DNA from: an uncultured Pseudomonadota bacterium
Lineage (GTDB): Bacteria > Pseudomonadota > Alphaproteobacteria > JACZXZ01
Direction of reading: 5' to 3'
Assembly: GCA_963749075.1 (NCBI GenBank)
Contig: CAVVLJ010000020.1
Coordinates: 160,001-224,000, forward strand
DNA: 64,000 nt
The notes under the pieces are model-generated. The model was not told the DNA's origin. It did not search any database and was given only the letters and a program-made list of their open reading frames with translations. Of the stretch, positions 53,331 to 63,140 are shown piece after piece. A program made the position numbers and the translations under genes. Position 1 is the stretch's first letter. Every line of letters begins with the position of its first letter.

Positions 53331-53957
53331 TCATTTCTTCACCCCGAGGCCGCGCATGAAGCGGTCGCGGATCTGCGCCGGGTCGCGCTCGGTCTGGCCC
53401 TTGGACGGTCGGTCGTCGATGCGCGCCGCGATGAGCCACGGCCCGTCCTCGGCGAGCGCCCGTGCTGCGAGCTGCTCGAAGTCGCTCTCGTCGGCCGCCC
53501 AGGCGCTCTTCGCGATGCCGGCGCCGCGCGCGATCGCCGCGATGTCGGCGCCGAAGGCGGTCGCGGTCGGCTGCGCGCCGGTGATCTGATAGATGCCGTT
53601 GTCCATCACCACGATGGCGAGGTTCTTGGCAAGGCCCCTCTGGCCCAGCATGGCGATGGTGGCGAGGCAGCCGAGCTGCATGAGAAGCGAGCCGTCGCCC
53701 TCGAGTGCGATGACGCGGCGCTCGGGCTGCGCCAGGGCCACGCCGAGTGCTATCGGGCAGGCGAGCCCCATGCTGCCGAGCATGTAGAAGTTCTGCGGCC
53801 GCCGCCCGGCGGCCCACAAGTCGAAGTTGGTGTTGCCGATGCCGCCGATGACCGCCTCCTCGTGGGCGAGGAGTGCCACGAGGCGCTCGGTGAGGTCGGC
53901 GCGGTTCATCACCTTGGTGTTGCCGGGCCGGCTTGGGACGATCTCGCTCGCGGTCAT
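53331..53957 (-). CDS. ThDP-dependent decarboxylase beta subunit (ComE/phosphonopyruvate decarboxylase-like)
   Basis: NFYMLGSMG, EGDGSLLM..DNG ThDP motif, TGAQPT. Confidence 0.85.
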   Translation of the reverse strand: MTASEIVPSRPGNTKVMNRADLTERLVALLAHEEAVIGGIGNTNFDLWAAGRRPQNFYMLGSMGLACPIALGVALAQPERRVIALEGDGSLLMQLGCLATIAMLGQRGLAKNLAIVVMDNGIYQITGAQPTATAFGADIAAIARGAGIAKSAWAADESDFEQLAARALAEDGPWLIAARIDDRPSKGQTERDPAQIRDRFMRGLGVKK

Positions 53958-53965
53958 CGGCGGCC

Positions 53966-54511
53966 TCACGCGGTGAAGACCTTGCCGCCCGTCAAGAGCG
54001 GCGAGAGGATGAGCGCCGCCGGCGCCTGGGTGGCGATCGCCTGCTTGATCGAGCGGTCGATGACGAACTCGACCTCGTCGAGCCGGGCGAGCGTGTGGTG
54101 CTCGACGGCGAGCGCCTCCAGCACCGGGCGCATGGTGCGGCACACGAGCGCCTGGCCGAGGTTGAACTCGCCGAGCGTGCCGCGCTCGGAGACGATCATG
54201 AGGAGCGGGATCTGGAAGGGGAGAGCGAGAGAGGCGATGGCGTTCGGCAAGGTGGCGAAGCCGCTCGTCTGCATCAGAACGACGCCGCGCACGCCCGCCA
54301 TCCAGGCGCCGGCGACGATGCCGACCGCCTCCTCCTCGCGGGTGGTCGGCACGGCGGTGAAGAAGGCGTCGTCATGGATGCTCTTGATGAGCGGGGTGAG
54401 CACGCGGTCGGGGACGTAGGTCACGAGGCGCACCTGGTTGCGCTTGAGGGTCTCGTGCACGATCGCGTGCCAGGTGCGGCCCGCCGACCCGTCCCCGCCG
54501 TCCTTCGCCAC
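53966..54511 (-). CDS. ThDP-dependent decarboxylase alpha subunit (ComD-like)
   Basis: YVPD, TREEEAVGIVAGAW, LMQTSG, SERG..GE. Confidence 0.85.
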   Translation of the reverse strand: MAKDGGDGSAGRTWHAIVHETLKRNQVRLVTYVPDRVLTPLIKSIHDDAFFTAVPTTREEEAVGIVAGAWMAGVRGVVLMQTSGFATLPNAIASLALPFQIPLLMIVSERGTLGEFNLGQALVCRTMRPVLEALAVEHHTLARLDEVEFVIDRSIKQAIATQAPAALILSPLLTGGKVFTA

Positions 54512-54553
54512 TGCCCGCCTCCTCTTCGGTCTACGTCCGCAAGGGCCGGCGTT

Positions 54554-54859
54554 TCAATGCGCCTTGGCCGCGATCTCCGCGAGTGCCGTGTCGATATCGC
54601 CCGTGGTCAGGCGCCAGGAATTGTCGAGCGCGGCCACCACGAAGCGCATGAAGCTCCCGTGGAGGGCGAGCGCCTTCTTGTCGTCGCCGAGATGATCGGC
54701 GAGGAGGGCGAGCGCCAGCTGCGCGGGGCCGGCACCCTCGTAGGTCCATTCGAAGCCGGTCGGCGAGAGCCTGGCGAGGTCGTAGCGCGGGGAGAGCGCC
54801 TTGCCGTCGACCGTCACCGTCGCCCCCTCGAGGAAGCGCGCCCCTTCATAGACCTTCAC
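54554..54859 (-). CDS. Hypothetical protein (DUF6166-like)
   Basis: SPTGFEWTYEGAGPAQLALALLADHLGDD motif. Confidence 0.7.
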   Translation of the reverse strand: MKVYEGARFLEGATVTVDGKALSPRYDLARLSPTGFEWTYEGAGPAQLALALLADHLGDDKKALALHGSFMRFVVAALDNSWRLTTGDIDTALAEIAAKAH

Positions 54860-54886
54860 GCGGCACCTCTTTAATTCCCGCCGATG

Positions 54887-56230
54887 CTAAAGCGCAACCC
54901 CGTCCCGCCGCAACTCCGCGCGCAGCGCGCATCCGTCGATCGCCCGCGGCGCCGTGCCCTCGAGCGCCGCGATGGCCGCGGCGGTGCCGACCGCCTGGCC
55001 GTAGCCGAAGCACTGGGCGGTCACGCGCGCCGACGCCATCGCCTCGTGCTCGGCCGAGAGGCAGCGGCCTGCCACAAGCAGGCCCTCGCCCCTCTCCGGC
55101 ACGAAGCATTCGTAAGGTATCTCGTAAACGTCGTCGAGCAGCCAGACGAGGCGGGGCTTCTCGCCGCTGTGGAGCTCGATCGGCCAGGCCGAGCGCGCGA
55201 CGGCGCTCGGCCATTTGCGCGCGGCGAGGATGTCCTCGTTGCGCAGGAGCGCCTTCCCCCGCACCTGGCGCGTCTGGCGCACGCCGACCTGCACGCCGGT
55301 GTCGTTGACGAAGGCGTTCTCGCAGCCGGGCAGGCGGTCGCGGAAGAAGCGGGCGTATTCGCGTACCTGGCGGCGGCCCTGTATCTCGGCCTCGGTGATG
55401 TCGGCGACCAGGAGAGGATTGAGCTCGCGGCCGTCGCGCCCGAGGATGCGCGTCGCATTGCAGAGGAGCTCGCCCGGCCGCGGCGTCGGGAAGAGGAAGA
55501 TCTTGGCGCGCGGCAGCGCGTAGTCGTGGGAATTGTGCAGGCTGCGGATCATCTGCGAGACGTTCTCGCCGAGGATGCTGTCCTCGCCGAAGGTGGCGCG
55601 GAAGCGTTCCACGTCGACGCCCATGAGGCGGAACATCATCGTCGGGTTCTGCACCTGGCCGTCCTGGCCCATGAAGGTGGGGAGGCCCGCGAGTGCCGCC
55701 ACGTCCGCGTCGCCGCTCGCGTCGACCGTGACCTTGGCGGCGAGCGCCATGCGGCCCTCCTTGCTCCACGCCACGACGCCGCCGACGCGCGCCTCGCCGT
55801 CCGCGAGGGTGTCGATCACGGTCGAGTGGAGGAAGAGGCGGACGCCCGCCTCCTCGAGGAGGAAATCGGCGGCCTCGCGCCAGACGAGGGGATCGTGCAC
55901 GCGCGTGAAAGTCTTGCCGTAGCGCACGGGCGGGGTGAGGCCGCCGCGGCTCTCGAGGAGGGCCGCGAACTCGTCGACGAAGCCGCTCGCCACCTTGCGC
56001 GGCGGCGCCGCGGGATCGTCGCTCGCCTCGTAGAGCCCGCAGAGCGTGCCCGAGAGGCCGGCCACGGCGGCACCTCCGCAGAAGCCGTAGCGCTCGACGA
56101 GGATGACATTGGCGCCCTTGCGCGCGGCCGTCACTGCCGCGGCGACGCCGGCAGCACCTCCGCCCACCACGAGCACGTCGCAGGCGAAGCGCCCTTGCGG
56201 CCGGCAGTCGCGGGCGCGGATCGCCTCCAT
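54887..56230 (-). CDS. FAD-dependent oxidoreductase (FAD_oxidored family)
   Basis: DVLVVGGGAAG, VERYGFCGG, DASGDAD, GVRQTR, YEIPY, AGRCLS, ASARV. Confidence 0.88.
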   Translation of the reverse strand: MEAIRARDCRPQGRFACDVLVVGGGAAGVAAAVTAARKGANVILVERYGFCGGAAVAGLSGTLCGLYEASDDPAAPPRKVASGFVDEFAALLESRGGLTPPVRYGKTFTRVHDPLVWREAADFLLEEAGVRLFLHSTVIDTLADGEARVGGVVAWSKEGRMALAAKVTVDASGDADVAALAGLPTFMGQDGQVQNPTMMFRLMGVDVERFRATFGEDSILGENVSQMIRSLHNSHDYALPRAKIFLFPTPRPGELLCNATRILGRDGRELNPLLVADITEAEIQGRRQVREYARFFRDRLPGCENAFVNDTGVQVGVRQTRQVRGKALLRNEDILAARKWPSAVARSAWPIELHSGEKPRLVWLLDDVYEIPYECFVPERGEGLLVAGRCLSAEHEAMASARVTAQCFGYGQAVGTAAAIAALEGTAPRAIDGCALRAELRRDGVAL

Positions 56231-56332
56231 GGGCTCGCCCTTCTCCCCGATAGCTCGCGCCGGCTCCAGTTTCGTTGACACCGCGCGCGCAACGCAGCCA
56301 ATCTCCTGCTGCGACCGGCTCCTCCCACCATC

Positions 56333-56536
56333 ATGGCGCACCCCATGTCCGGCCTCAAGAAGCTGCGCGCAACCTTTGAGGTCTATCCCAATTCCTACGA
56401 GATGCCGCTCGAGATCGCCCGGCGCCACGGCCTGCCGGACGCCTCCAAGGCGCTGCGCTGCCTGCTCGACTACGCGGCAACCGACGGCCATTGGGAGAGG
56501 ATCTTCGGCAAGCCGCGCTGCCGGCGCCGCGGCTGA
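56333..56536 (+). CDS. Small hypothetical protein (possible ribbon-helix-helix)
   Basis: Fills the gap between minus-strand genes; strand-helix-helix pattern ATFEV..SKALRCLLDYAA. Confidence 0.5.
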   Translation: MAHPMSGLKKLRATFEVYPNSYEMPLEIARRHGLPDASKALRCLLDYAATDGHWERIFGKPRCRRRG

Positions 56537-56548
56537 GCCCCTTTGCGC

Positions 56549-57469
56549 TCAGCCCGCGTAGGCGCGGACCGGCTCGCCCTCGCCCCAATCCTCTTCTTGC
56601 TGGAGGGCAAAGATCGAGCTGTAGCCGCCCGACCAGTCGGGCGGCAGCAGGCAAGGCCGCGGGTCGTGATGCGCCCAGCGCGCCGGATTGCCGCGCACGA
56701 TCGTCTCGCGGTAGCGCGATTGCAGCGGGTTGAAGGTGTAGGGGATGGCGTCGGCCGAGGAATAGGTGACGAGGAAGAGCGGGCGGCCTTCGTGGGACTC
56801 GTTCGGCTTGGAGCCGTGGATGGTGCGGCAATTGTGGATGGTGAGCGAGCCCGCGGGGCCCGGGAGATAGACCGCCTCGGCCACATTGGCGCGCGCGAGA
56901 TCGGCGTCCGAGAGGCGGCCGAGCCATTGGCGCTTCTCGTTGTACTGGTCGAAGAGCTCGCCCAGGTGGCTCTTGGGGATGACGCCCAAGGGCCCTTGCG
57001 CCTCGCCGCAGTCGTAGAGATAGGTGCCGACGGTGAGCGGCGAATAGTTGGTGTGCGGCCAGAACTGGATGTCCTGGTGCCACTTCACTTCCGAGCCGCC
57101 CTCGGAGGATTTGAAGTTGAGCTTCGAGTGGTGGAACTTCACGTCGGGACCTAAGAGATCGGCGACGATCTCGACGAGGAGGGACTTGGATGCATAGTCC
57201 CAATAGGCGGCATCGTGGTCGCATGGGCTCGAGAGCCGGCGGAGCTTGGGCCGCTGAGCGCTGTGGCCGGGCTCGAGGTCCCACACCGCGTCCGACTTGG
57301 CGAGCGCCCGCGTCTCCTCGACCTTCTCCGCGGTCACCGCGCGGAGCCGCTCGATGGTCTCGCGCGGCACGATGCGCTCGAGGAGGAGATAGCCGTTCTC
57401 GAAATAGAACTCGCGCTGCTTCCGGCTCAGCACGTTGGGCTTGTGGGCAAGCACTTCTCCGGGAGTCAT
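56549..57469 (-). CDS. PhyH-family Fe(II)/2-oxoglutarate dioxygenase
   Basis: FYFENGYL, KLNFK, WHQD (HxD), IPKSH, IHGSKPN..R. Confidence 0.92.
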   Translation of the reverse strand: MTPGEVLAHKPNVLSRKQREFYFENGYLLLERIVPRETIERLRAVTAEKVEETRALAKSDAVWDLEPGHSAQRPKLRRLSSPCDHDAAYWDYASKSLLVEIVADLLGPDVKFHHSKLNFKSSEGGSEVKWHQDIQFWPHTNYSPLTVGTYLYDCGEAQGPLGVIPKSHLGELFDQYNEKRQWLGRLSDADLARANVAEAVYLPGPAGSLTIHNCRTIHGSKPNESHEGRPLFLVTYSSADAIPYTFNPLQSRYRETIVRGNPARWAHHDPRPCLLPPDWSGGYSSIFALQQEEDWGEGEPVRAYAG

Positions 57470-57486
57470 GGAGCGTGTCCTCCTCT

Positions 57487-57702
57487 TCAGAGATCGGCGA
57501 GCCGGACCCAGACCGCAAGGCTCGTCCCGAGGACGAGGCCGCTGACGGCACTTGCCACGCTGAGGCCGCCGGCGAGCGCCACGGTGAGGGCGAAGACGCC
57601 GCAGCCGGAGGCGATGCCGCCGATGAGCGAGACGCGCGAGCGCTTGAGCCGGCCCGCGGGCGCCGCCTTGAGGCCGCCTTCCTTGAGGATTGCGGCGCTC
57701 AT
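57487..57702 (-). CDS. Small membrane protein
   Basis: Two hydrophobic helices ending WVRLADL; ATGA-coupled to the upstream desaturase. Confidence 0.6.
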   Translation of the reverse strand: MSAAILKEGGLKAAPAGRLKRSRVSLIGGIASGCGVFALTVALAGGLSVASAVSGLVLGTSLAVWVRLADL

Positions 57703-58460
57703 GCGCGCACCACGGCGATCACCGCCTCGTCGGCACCGGCCTTGGTCCGCTTGAGATCGCGCTTCACGTAGCGGCGGTCGTAGCCGTTGAAGATGTGGCC
57801 CAAGAGGCCGCGCTCGAGGTCCGTGGTGCCGAACAGCCAGTCGGCGATCGGGTAGGTGAGATTCATGTTCATGTCCATCATGATCGCCGGGTTGTGATGG
57901 GCGATGTGATGGCGGCGGATGGTGTTGGCGAAGGGCAGGCGCCGCACGATGCGGTCGTCCTTGACGTGGCAGCACCAGTGGAAGAACTCGTAGTTGAGGT
58001 ACATGAAGACGGTGGTGCACATGAGGAGCCAGCCCGCGTTCGCCGACCACAGCCAGCCCACGGCGAGAGCCGGCGGGATGGATAGTGCGATGAAGGTGAC
58101 GAGCGCATAGGGCGGGAAGAAGGTGATGCGGAAGTCGCGGCTGTCGTCGATGGTGGGCGCCTTGTCGGTGAAGAACTGGTGGTGCGCCAGCGTGTGGCGG
58201 CGGTAGATGCCCATGAAGCCCTTGACCGGCCGGTGCATGACGAAGCGGTGGATCCACCACTCGAAGACGTTGGTGGCGAGGAAGACGAGCGGCACAATGA
58301 GCCAGTCGGTCCGGAGAGGCGCCCGGATGTGCGGGATGTAATAGGCGAGCGCCGCCAAGCCTATGGCATAGATCACCGCGACATGGAGCCAGCCGTTGTA
58401 CCACGGCGAGATCCGCGGCCGATAATCGGCGCGAAACGCCTCTTGCCGCCTGGGCATCAT
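57699..58460 (-). CDS. Sterol desaturase / fatty acid hydroxylase superfamily membrane diiron enzyme
   Basis: His boxes HRFVMH, HTLAHH, HWCCH, RRHHIAHH; DWLFGT. Confidence 0.88.
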   Translation of the reverse strand: MMPRRQEAFRADYRPRISPWYNGWLHVAVIYAIGLAALAYYIPHIRAPLRTDWLIVPLVFLATNVFEWWIHRFVMHRPVKGFMGIYRRHTLAHHQFFTDKAPTIDDSRDFRITFFPPYALVTFIALSIPPALAVGWLWSANAGWLLMCTTVFMYLNYEFFHWCCHVKDDRIVRRLPFANTIRRHHIAHHNPAIMMDMNMNLTYPIADWLFGTTDLERGLLGHIFNGYDRRYVKRDLKRTKAGADEAVIAVVRA

Positions 58461-58519
58461 GGGACGCCTCCCTCGCTTTTTTGCGCGGGCGAGATCCGCG
58501 CACTCACAACGCCTCGCTA

Positions 58520-58608
58520 TCCCTCACCCGGCTCGCTGCGCTCGCCACCCTCTCCCGCAAGCGGGAGAGGGAAGGGGCCCATCGCGAAGCGATGGGAAGG
58601 GTGAGGGA
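58520..58608. repeat. Family A palindromic element in the putative 5' UTR of the desaturase
   Basis: Near-identical to 38968-39056. Confidence 0.9.
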
Positions 58609-58656
58609 CTGCCGGCTGACCGCTGGAATGCGGAAGCCGTGCCGGCACAACATATA

Positions 58657-58687
58657 CGTCTAGTATATTAGACGAGCGCCTGTCAAG
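58657..58687 (-). promoter_or_regulatory. Putative promoter (CTTGACA -35) overlapped by the palindrome CGTCTAGTATATTAGACG
   Basis: Direct inspection; AT-rich dyad in a GC-rich background. Confidence 0.55.
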
Positions 58688-58829
58688 CGGCTGCTGGGCG
58701 TGCTGGCCCGAGCCGGAACCGTGCGCGGTCGAGCGGACACAGAGCTTGGACAAGCGACAATTGTCACTCTATGACCCTAGAATGATGCCGCGACTTCGCA
58801 TCGCGGGTTGCGGCGGCGCCGAGCAAGAC

Positions 58830-59138
58830 ATGACCATGCACAATCCACCCCATCCTGGCCTCTCCGTCCGGCACGATTGCCTCGAGCCGCTCGCCTTAAG
58901 CGTGACCGAGGGTGCCAAGGCGCTCGGCGTCACGCGGCAGGCGCTCAACAACCTGGTGAACGGCAAGAGCGGCATATCGGCGGAGATGGCCGTGCGGCTC
59001 GACAAGGCCTTTGGCGGCGGGGCCAACACCTGGCTGCGGCTCCAGATGGCCTATGACTTGGCCGAGGTTCATCGGCGCAAGGGCGAAATTCCCGTGAGGC
59101 GGGTGCGGCGTCCTGGGCACGACGAGACACGGCCGTAG
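58830..59138 (+). CDS. HigA-family antitoxin (HTH), no adjacent HigB
   Basis: [53 protein letters not shown]. Confidence 0.9.
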   Translation: MTMHNPPHPGLSVRHDCLEPLALSVTEGAKALGVTRQALNNLVNGKSGISAEMAVRLDKAFGGGANTWLRLQMAYDLAEVHRRKGEIPVRRVRRPGHDETRP

Positions 59139-59165
59139 CACGGAAGCACGGAGGTTGCAGCGGCT

Positions 59166-59372
59166 TCAGACCTTGGTCTGCTCGGCCGCCGCCTTGCGCC
59201 GGGCCTCGCGCGCCCGCCTGATCGGTGCTACGCGCGCGCGCATGCGCTCGAGGATGTCGAGCTTCTGGCCGAAGGACAGCGCCGCACTTTCCCGCCGCCC
59301 CTCGGCCTTGCGGGCGAGGATGTCGGAGATATCGGGGTAGCTCTTCGCGCGAGGACGCTTCATGGCGGTCAT
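59166..59372 (-). CDS. Small basic helical protein, partner of the upstream NTase
   Basis: ATGA overlap with the 59369 gene; RKAEGRRESAALSFGQKLDILERM. Confidence 0.65.
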   Translation of the reverse strand: MTAMKRPRAKSYPDISDILARKAEGRRESAALSFGQKLDILERMRARVAPIRRAREARRKAAAEQTKV

Positions 59373-59938
59373 TTTACAGCGCAAGGATCTCGGATGCCAC
59401 TCCGACGGCAGAAACTGGACAACGAACCCCTGAGATTATGGCGCTCCAGTATCTTGCAGAGGGCGCCAAGATCGACCGCCCGCTCCTCCAGGAGCTGACT
59501 GATGCGGACAAGGTCCTTTGCGCGCCCGACTCTGAGCGCGGTCGCGACAACATGCTCGGCATGAAGGATTCTGGCCTTGACCGGAGGCTCGCCGCTGCCA
59601 CGCTCGATCTCGATCTCCGCCGCCTCTTCAAGGCCTTCCGCATCGAGATCGTCGGCTAGCGGGAGGAACTGGACGGGCCAGCCCTCGATGACGATGCCCT
59701 GCTTGGTGAATTCCGTATAACCGCGCTTACGCAGGTAGGCGAAAATGGGCTCAAGCGTTACTAAGCCCGTGGCGGGCGGACCAACGCCACCGTCGATCGC
59801 GACCAGAATATCCAGATCGTCGGTCAGCGTCGGCTCGATGTAGTTGAGCGCGGCGACGGCGCCGCAGATCGCATAGCTCTCGATGACGCGATGCTCGACC
59901 ATCTCGTTGATCACGCGGATGGTTTTTCTCAAGCTCAT
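59369..59938 (-). CDS. Nucleotidyltransferase-fold protein (Pol-beta-like, AbiEii/DUF6036-like)
   Basis: YAICGAVAA..PTLTDDLDILV (G-A..T-x-D-x-D), GRAKD; lower GC. Confidence 0.7.
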   Translation of the reverse strand: MSLRKTIRVINEMVEHRVIESYAICGAVAALNYIEPTLTDDLDILVAIDGGVGPPATGLVTLEPIFAYLRKRGYTEFTKQGIVIEGWPVQFLPLADDLDAEGLEEAAEIEIERGSGEPPVKARILHAEHVVATALRVGRAKDLVRISQLLEERAVDLGALCKILERHNLRGSLSSFCRRSGIRDPCAVK

Positions 59939-59972
59939 CGCCGTCCTCTAAAGGCCAACACGCTGTACCCCT

Positions 59973-60668
59973 TCACGTATCCGCCAGCGTCGCCCTTGTG
60001 AAGCTCTCGATATAATCCATCAGCCGGTCGGAGGCGGCCGCCGCCTCGCGCTCGTCGCCGGCGGCGATCGCGCGGGCGATGTCGGCGTGGAGGCGCGCCG
60101 CTTGCGGCAAGTCCGCCACCTCCTTGTAATGGATGTACCAGAAGCGGCGCGAGAGGCCGTGCATGAGGGTCATGGCGCCGGCCGCGTATTCGTTGCGCGC
60201 CGCCTCGAGGACGAGGAGGTTGAAGGCGCGGTCGAGACGCATGAAGGTGGCGTCGTCGTCGCTTCCCGCGGAGCGCTCCATGCCGGCGACGATGCGGCTG
60301 AAGGCGTCGCGCTGCGGCTGCGTGGCGCGCCTCGCCGCCGAGCGGGCGAGCAGTCGCTCGAGCTCGCGGCGGACCTCGAGGAGGCGGAGCTGGCTCCGCA
60401 CATTGACCTCGGAGACGAAGACGCCGCGCCGCGGCATGATCACCACCAGGCGCTCGCGGGCCAGGCGCTGGAGGGCCTCGCGGATCGGCATGCGGCCGAT
60501 GCCGAGCGACTTCGAGAGGATGGCCTCGGAGACCACGGCGCCGGGTGCCAGGCGCAGCGTCACGATCTGCTCCTCGAGCGCGCGGTAGGCGCGCTCGGCC
60601 AGCGTCTCGAGCTCCTGGGCCGCCTCGCCTTTCTCCCCGGGCCGCCTCGCCTTCTGTGCCGTGGTCAT
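59973..60668 (-). CDS. GntR/FCD transcriptional regulator
   Basis: LAERAY, LAPG, GIGRMPIREALQRL, PRRGVFV, FCD C-terminus. Confidence 0.93.
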   Translation of the reverse strand: MTTAQKARRPGEKGEAAQELETLAERAYRALEEQIVTLRLAPGAVVSEAILSKSLGIGRMPIREALQRLARERLVVIMPRRGVFVSEVNVRSQLRLLEVRRELERLLARSAARRATQPQRDAFSRIVAGMERSAGSDDDATFMRLDRAFNLLVLEAARNEYAAGAMTLMHGLSRRFWYIHYKEVADLPQAARLHADIARAIAAGDEREAAAASDRLMDYIESFTRATLADT

Positions 60669-60708
60669 CGCCCTTTGCCCTCCCGGGCCCTCGTGGGCCG
60701 CTGCCGGC

Positions 60709-61650
60709 TCACGCCTGCTTGCGCCGCTCGACGAGGGTGAGGAACTTCTCGTACTCCGCCTCGTTTACCGTATAGCTGTGCTCGTCGTCGGGGAACTTGC
60801 CCGTCTTGACCTCCTCGACGTAGCGCCGGATGCCGTCCACCGCGACCTCGGTCAGGTTGCCGAAGCGCTTGGTGAACTTGGGCTTGAAGTCGGTGAAGAC
60901 GCCGAGGAGGTCGTAGCACAGCAGTATCTGGCCGTCGGTGCCCGCACCGGCGCCGATCCCGATGGTCGGTATCTCGAGCTCGCGCGAGATCACGGTCGCG
61001 ATCGGCGCCGGCACCGCCTCGAACTCGAGCATGAAGCAACCGGCGTCCTGGATGGCGAGCGCGTCCTCGAGTATCTTGAAGGCATCTGCCGCGGTGCGGC
61101 CCTGGATGCGGAAGCCGCCGAACATGGCGACGGTGTGCGGCGTAAGGCCGATGTGCGAGGCGGTCGGGATGCCGGCGTCGACGAGCGCCTTCAGGATATG
61201 CGCCTGGCTCTTGCCGCCCTGGGGCTTGACCGCGTCGCAGCCGGCCTCCTGCATGAAGCGCGTCGCGTTCCGGAGCGCTCTGTCGACGGTGTTGTAGCTC
61301 TGATAGGGCATGCAGCCGAGGACGAAGGTGTCGGGCGCGCCGCGCCGGACGGCGAGCGAATGCAGCACCATCATGTCCATGGTGGCGGGGATGGTGTTGG
61401 GATGGCCGTGGGCGACCATGGCGAGGCTGTCGCCCACCACCGCCACATCGACGCCGCCCATCTCGGCCCAGCGCGCCGAGGTATAGTCGGGCACCGACAT
61501 ATAGACCATCTTCTCGCCGCTCATCTTCGACTCGCGGATCTCGCCGATGGTGCGCTTCTTGCGCGCGGGCTTCGCCGATGTGGGTTTGGCCTCGCCGGCC
61601 TTGGGTGCGGGCGTGGCCGCCGCCTTGCCCGCTTTCGGTTTGCTGCTCAT
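60709..61650 (-). CDS. panB: 3-methyl-2-oxobutanoate hydroxymethyltransferase (PanB family), possibly a paralog
   Basis: VVGDSL, MPYQSY, HIGLTP, GFRIQGR, IPTIGIGAG..DGQIL..DLLG, PKF. Confidence 0.85.
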   Translation of the reverse strand: MSSKPKAGKAAATPAPKAGEAKPTSAKPARKKRTIGEIRESKMSGEKMVYMSVPDYTSARWAEMGGVDVAVVGDSLAMVAHGHPNTIPATMDMMVLHSLAVRRGAPDTFVLGCMPYQSYNTVDRALRNATRFMQEAGCDAVKPQGGKSQAHILKALVDAGIPTASHIGLTPHTVAMFGGFRIQGRTAADAFKILEDALAIQDAGCFMLEFEAVPAPIATVISRELEIPTIGIGAGAGTDGQILLCYDLLGVFTDFKPKFTKRFGNLTEVAVDGIRRYVEEVKTGKFPDDEHSYTVNEAEYEKFLTLVERRKQA

Positions 61651-61678
61651 GGCTTCCTCCTCCGCGAAGGCGCCCGCC

Positions 61679-62375
<697 letters not shown>

Positions 62376-62383
<8 letters not shown>

Positions 62384-63140
62384 GGCCGCGCCCCAGATAG
62401 GCGGCGACCACGGCCGGATCGGCGAGCACCGCCTCGGGCGGCCCCTCGGCGATCTTGCTGCCGTGATGCATGGCGATCGCGCGGTCGGCGAGGCGGCCCA
62501 AGAAGCCTATCTTGTGGTCGATGACGCAGAGCGTCGTGCCATGGGCGCGCAGATCGCGTAAGACCCCGTCGAGGTTCTTGATCTCGTCCTCGCCGAGGCC
62601 GGTCGCGGGCTCGTCGAGGAGGAGGAGCTCGGGCTCGCACATGAGCGCCATGGCGACGCCGAGCATCTTCTCGTTGCCGTAGGAGAGGCTCGCCGCCGGC
62701 TCGTCGCGCACCTCGGCGAGGCGGCAGAGGGAGAGCACCTTCTCGACTTGGCCGCGCAAGAAGCCGTCGTGGCGCCCCGGGCGCAGCAGCGTAGCAAAGC
62801 GGCGGAAGCCGAGCGTGCGCTTGAGCTTGAGGTGGGCCGCGATGAGCACGTGCTCGGCCACGCTCAGCTCGGCGAAGAGCTGCGGGTTCTGGAAGGTCTT
62901 GACGATGCCGAGGGCTGCGATCTCGTGGGGCCTGGCGCCGGCGAGCGAGCGCTCCTTCCACAGGAGGCGGCCGTCGCTCGGCGGGTAGATGCCGGAGATG
63001 AGGTTGAGGAGCGTCGTCTTGCCCGAGCCGTTGGGGCCGAAGACGCCGACGATCTCGCCCTCCGCGATGGCGAAGGAGACCTCGGCGACCGCGGTCAGGC
63101 CGCCGAAGCGCTTGCTCAGGCCTATTACCTCAAAGAACAT
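62376..63140 (-). CDS. Branched-chain amino-acid ABC ATPase (LivG-like)
   Basis: FGGLTAV, GPNGSGKTT, LSYG, LLLDEP, AYLG. Confidence 0.93.
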
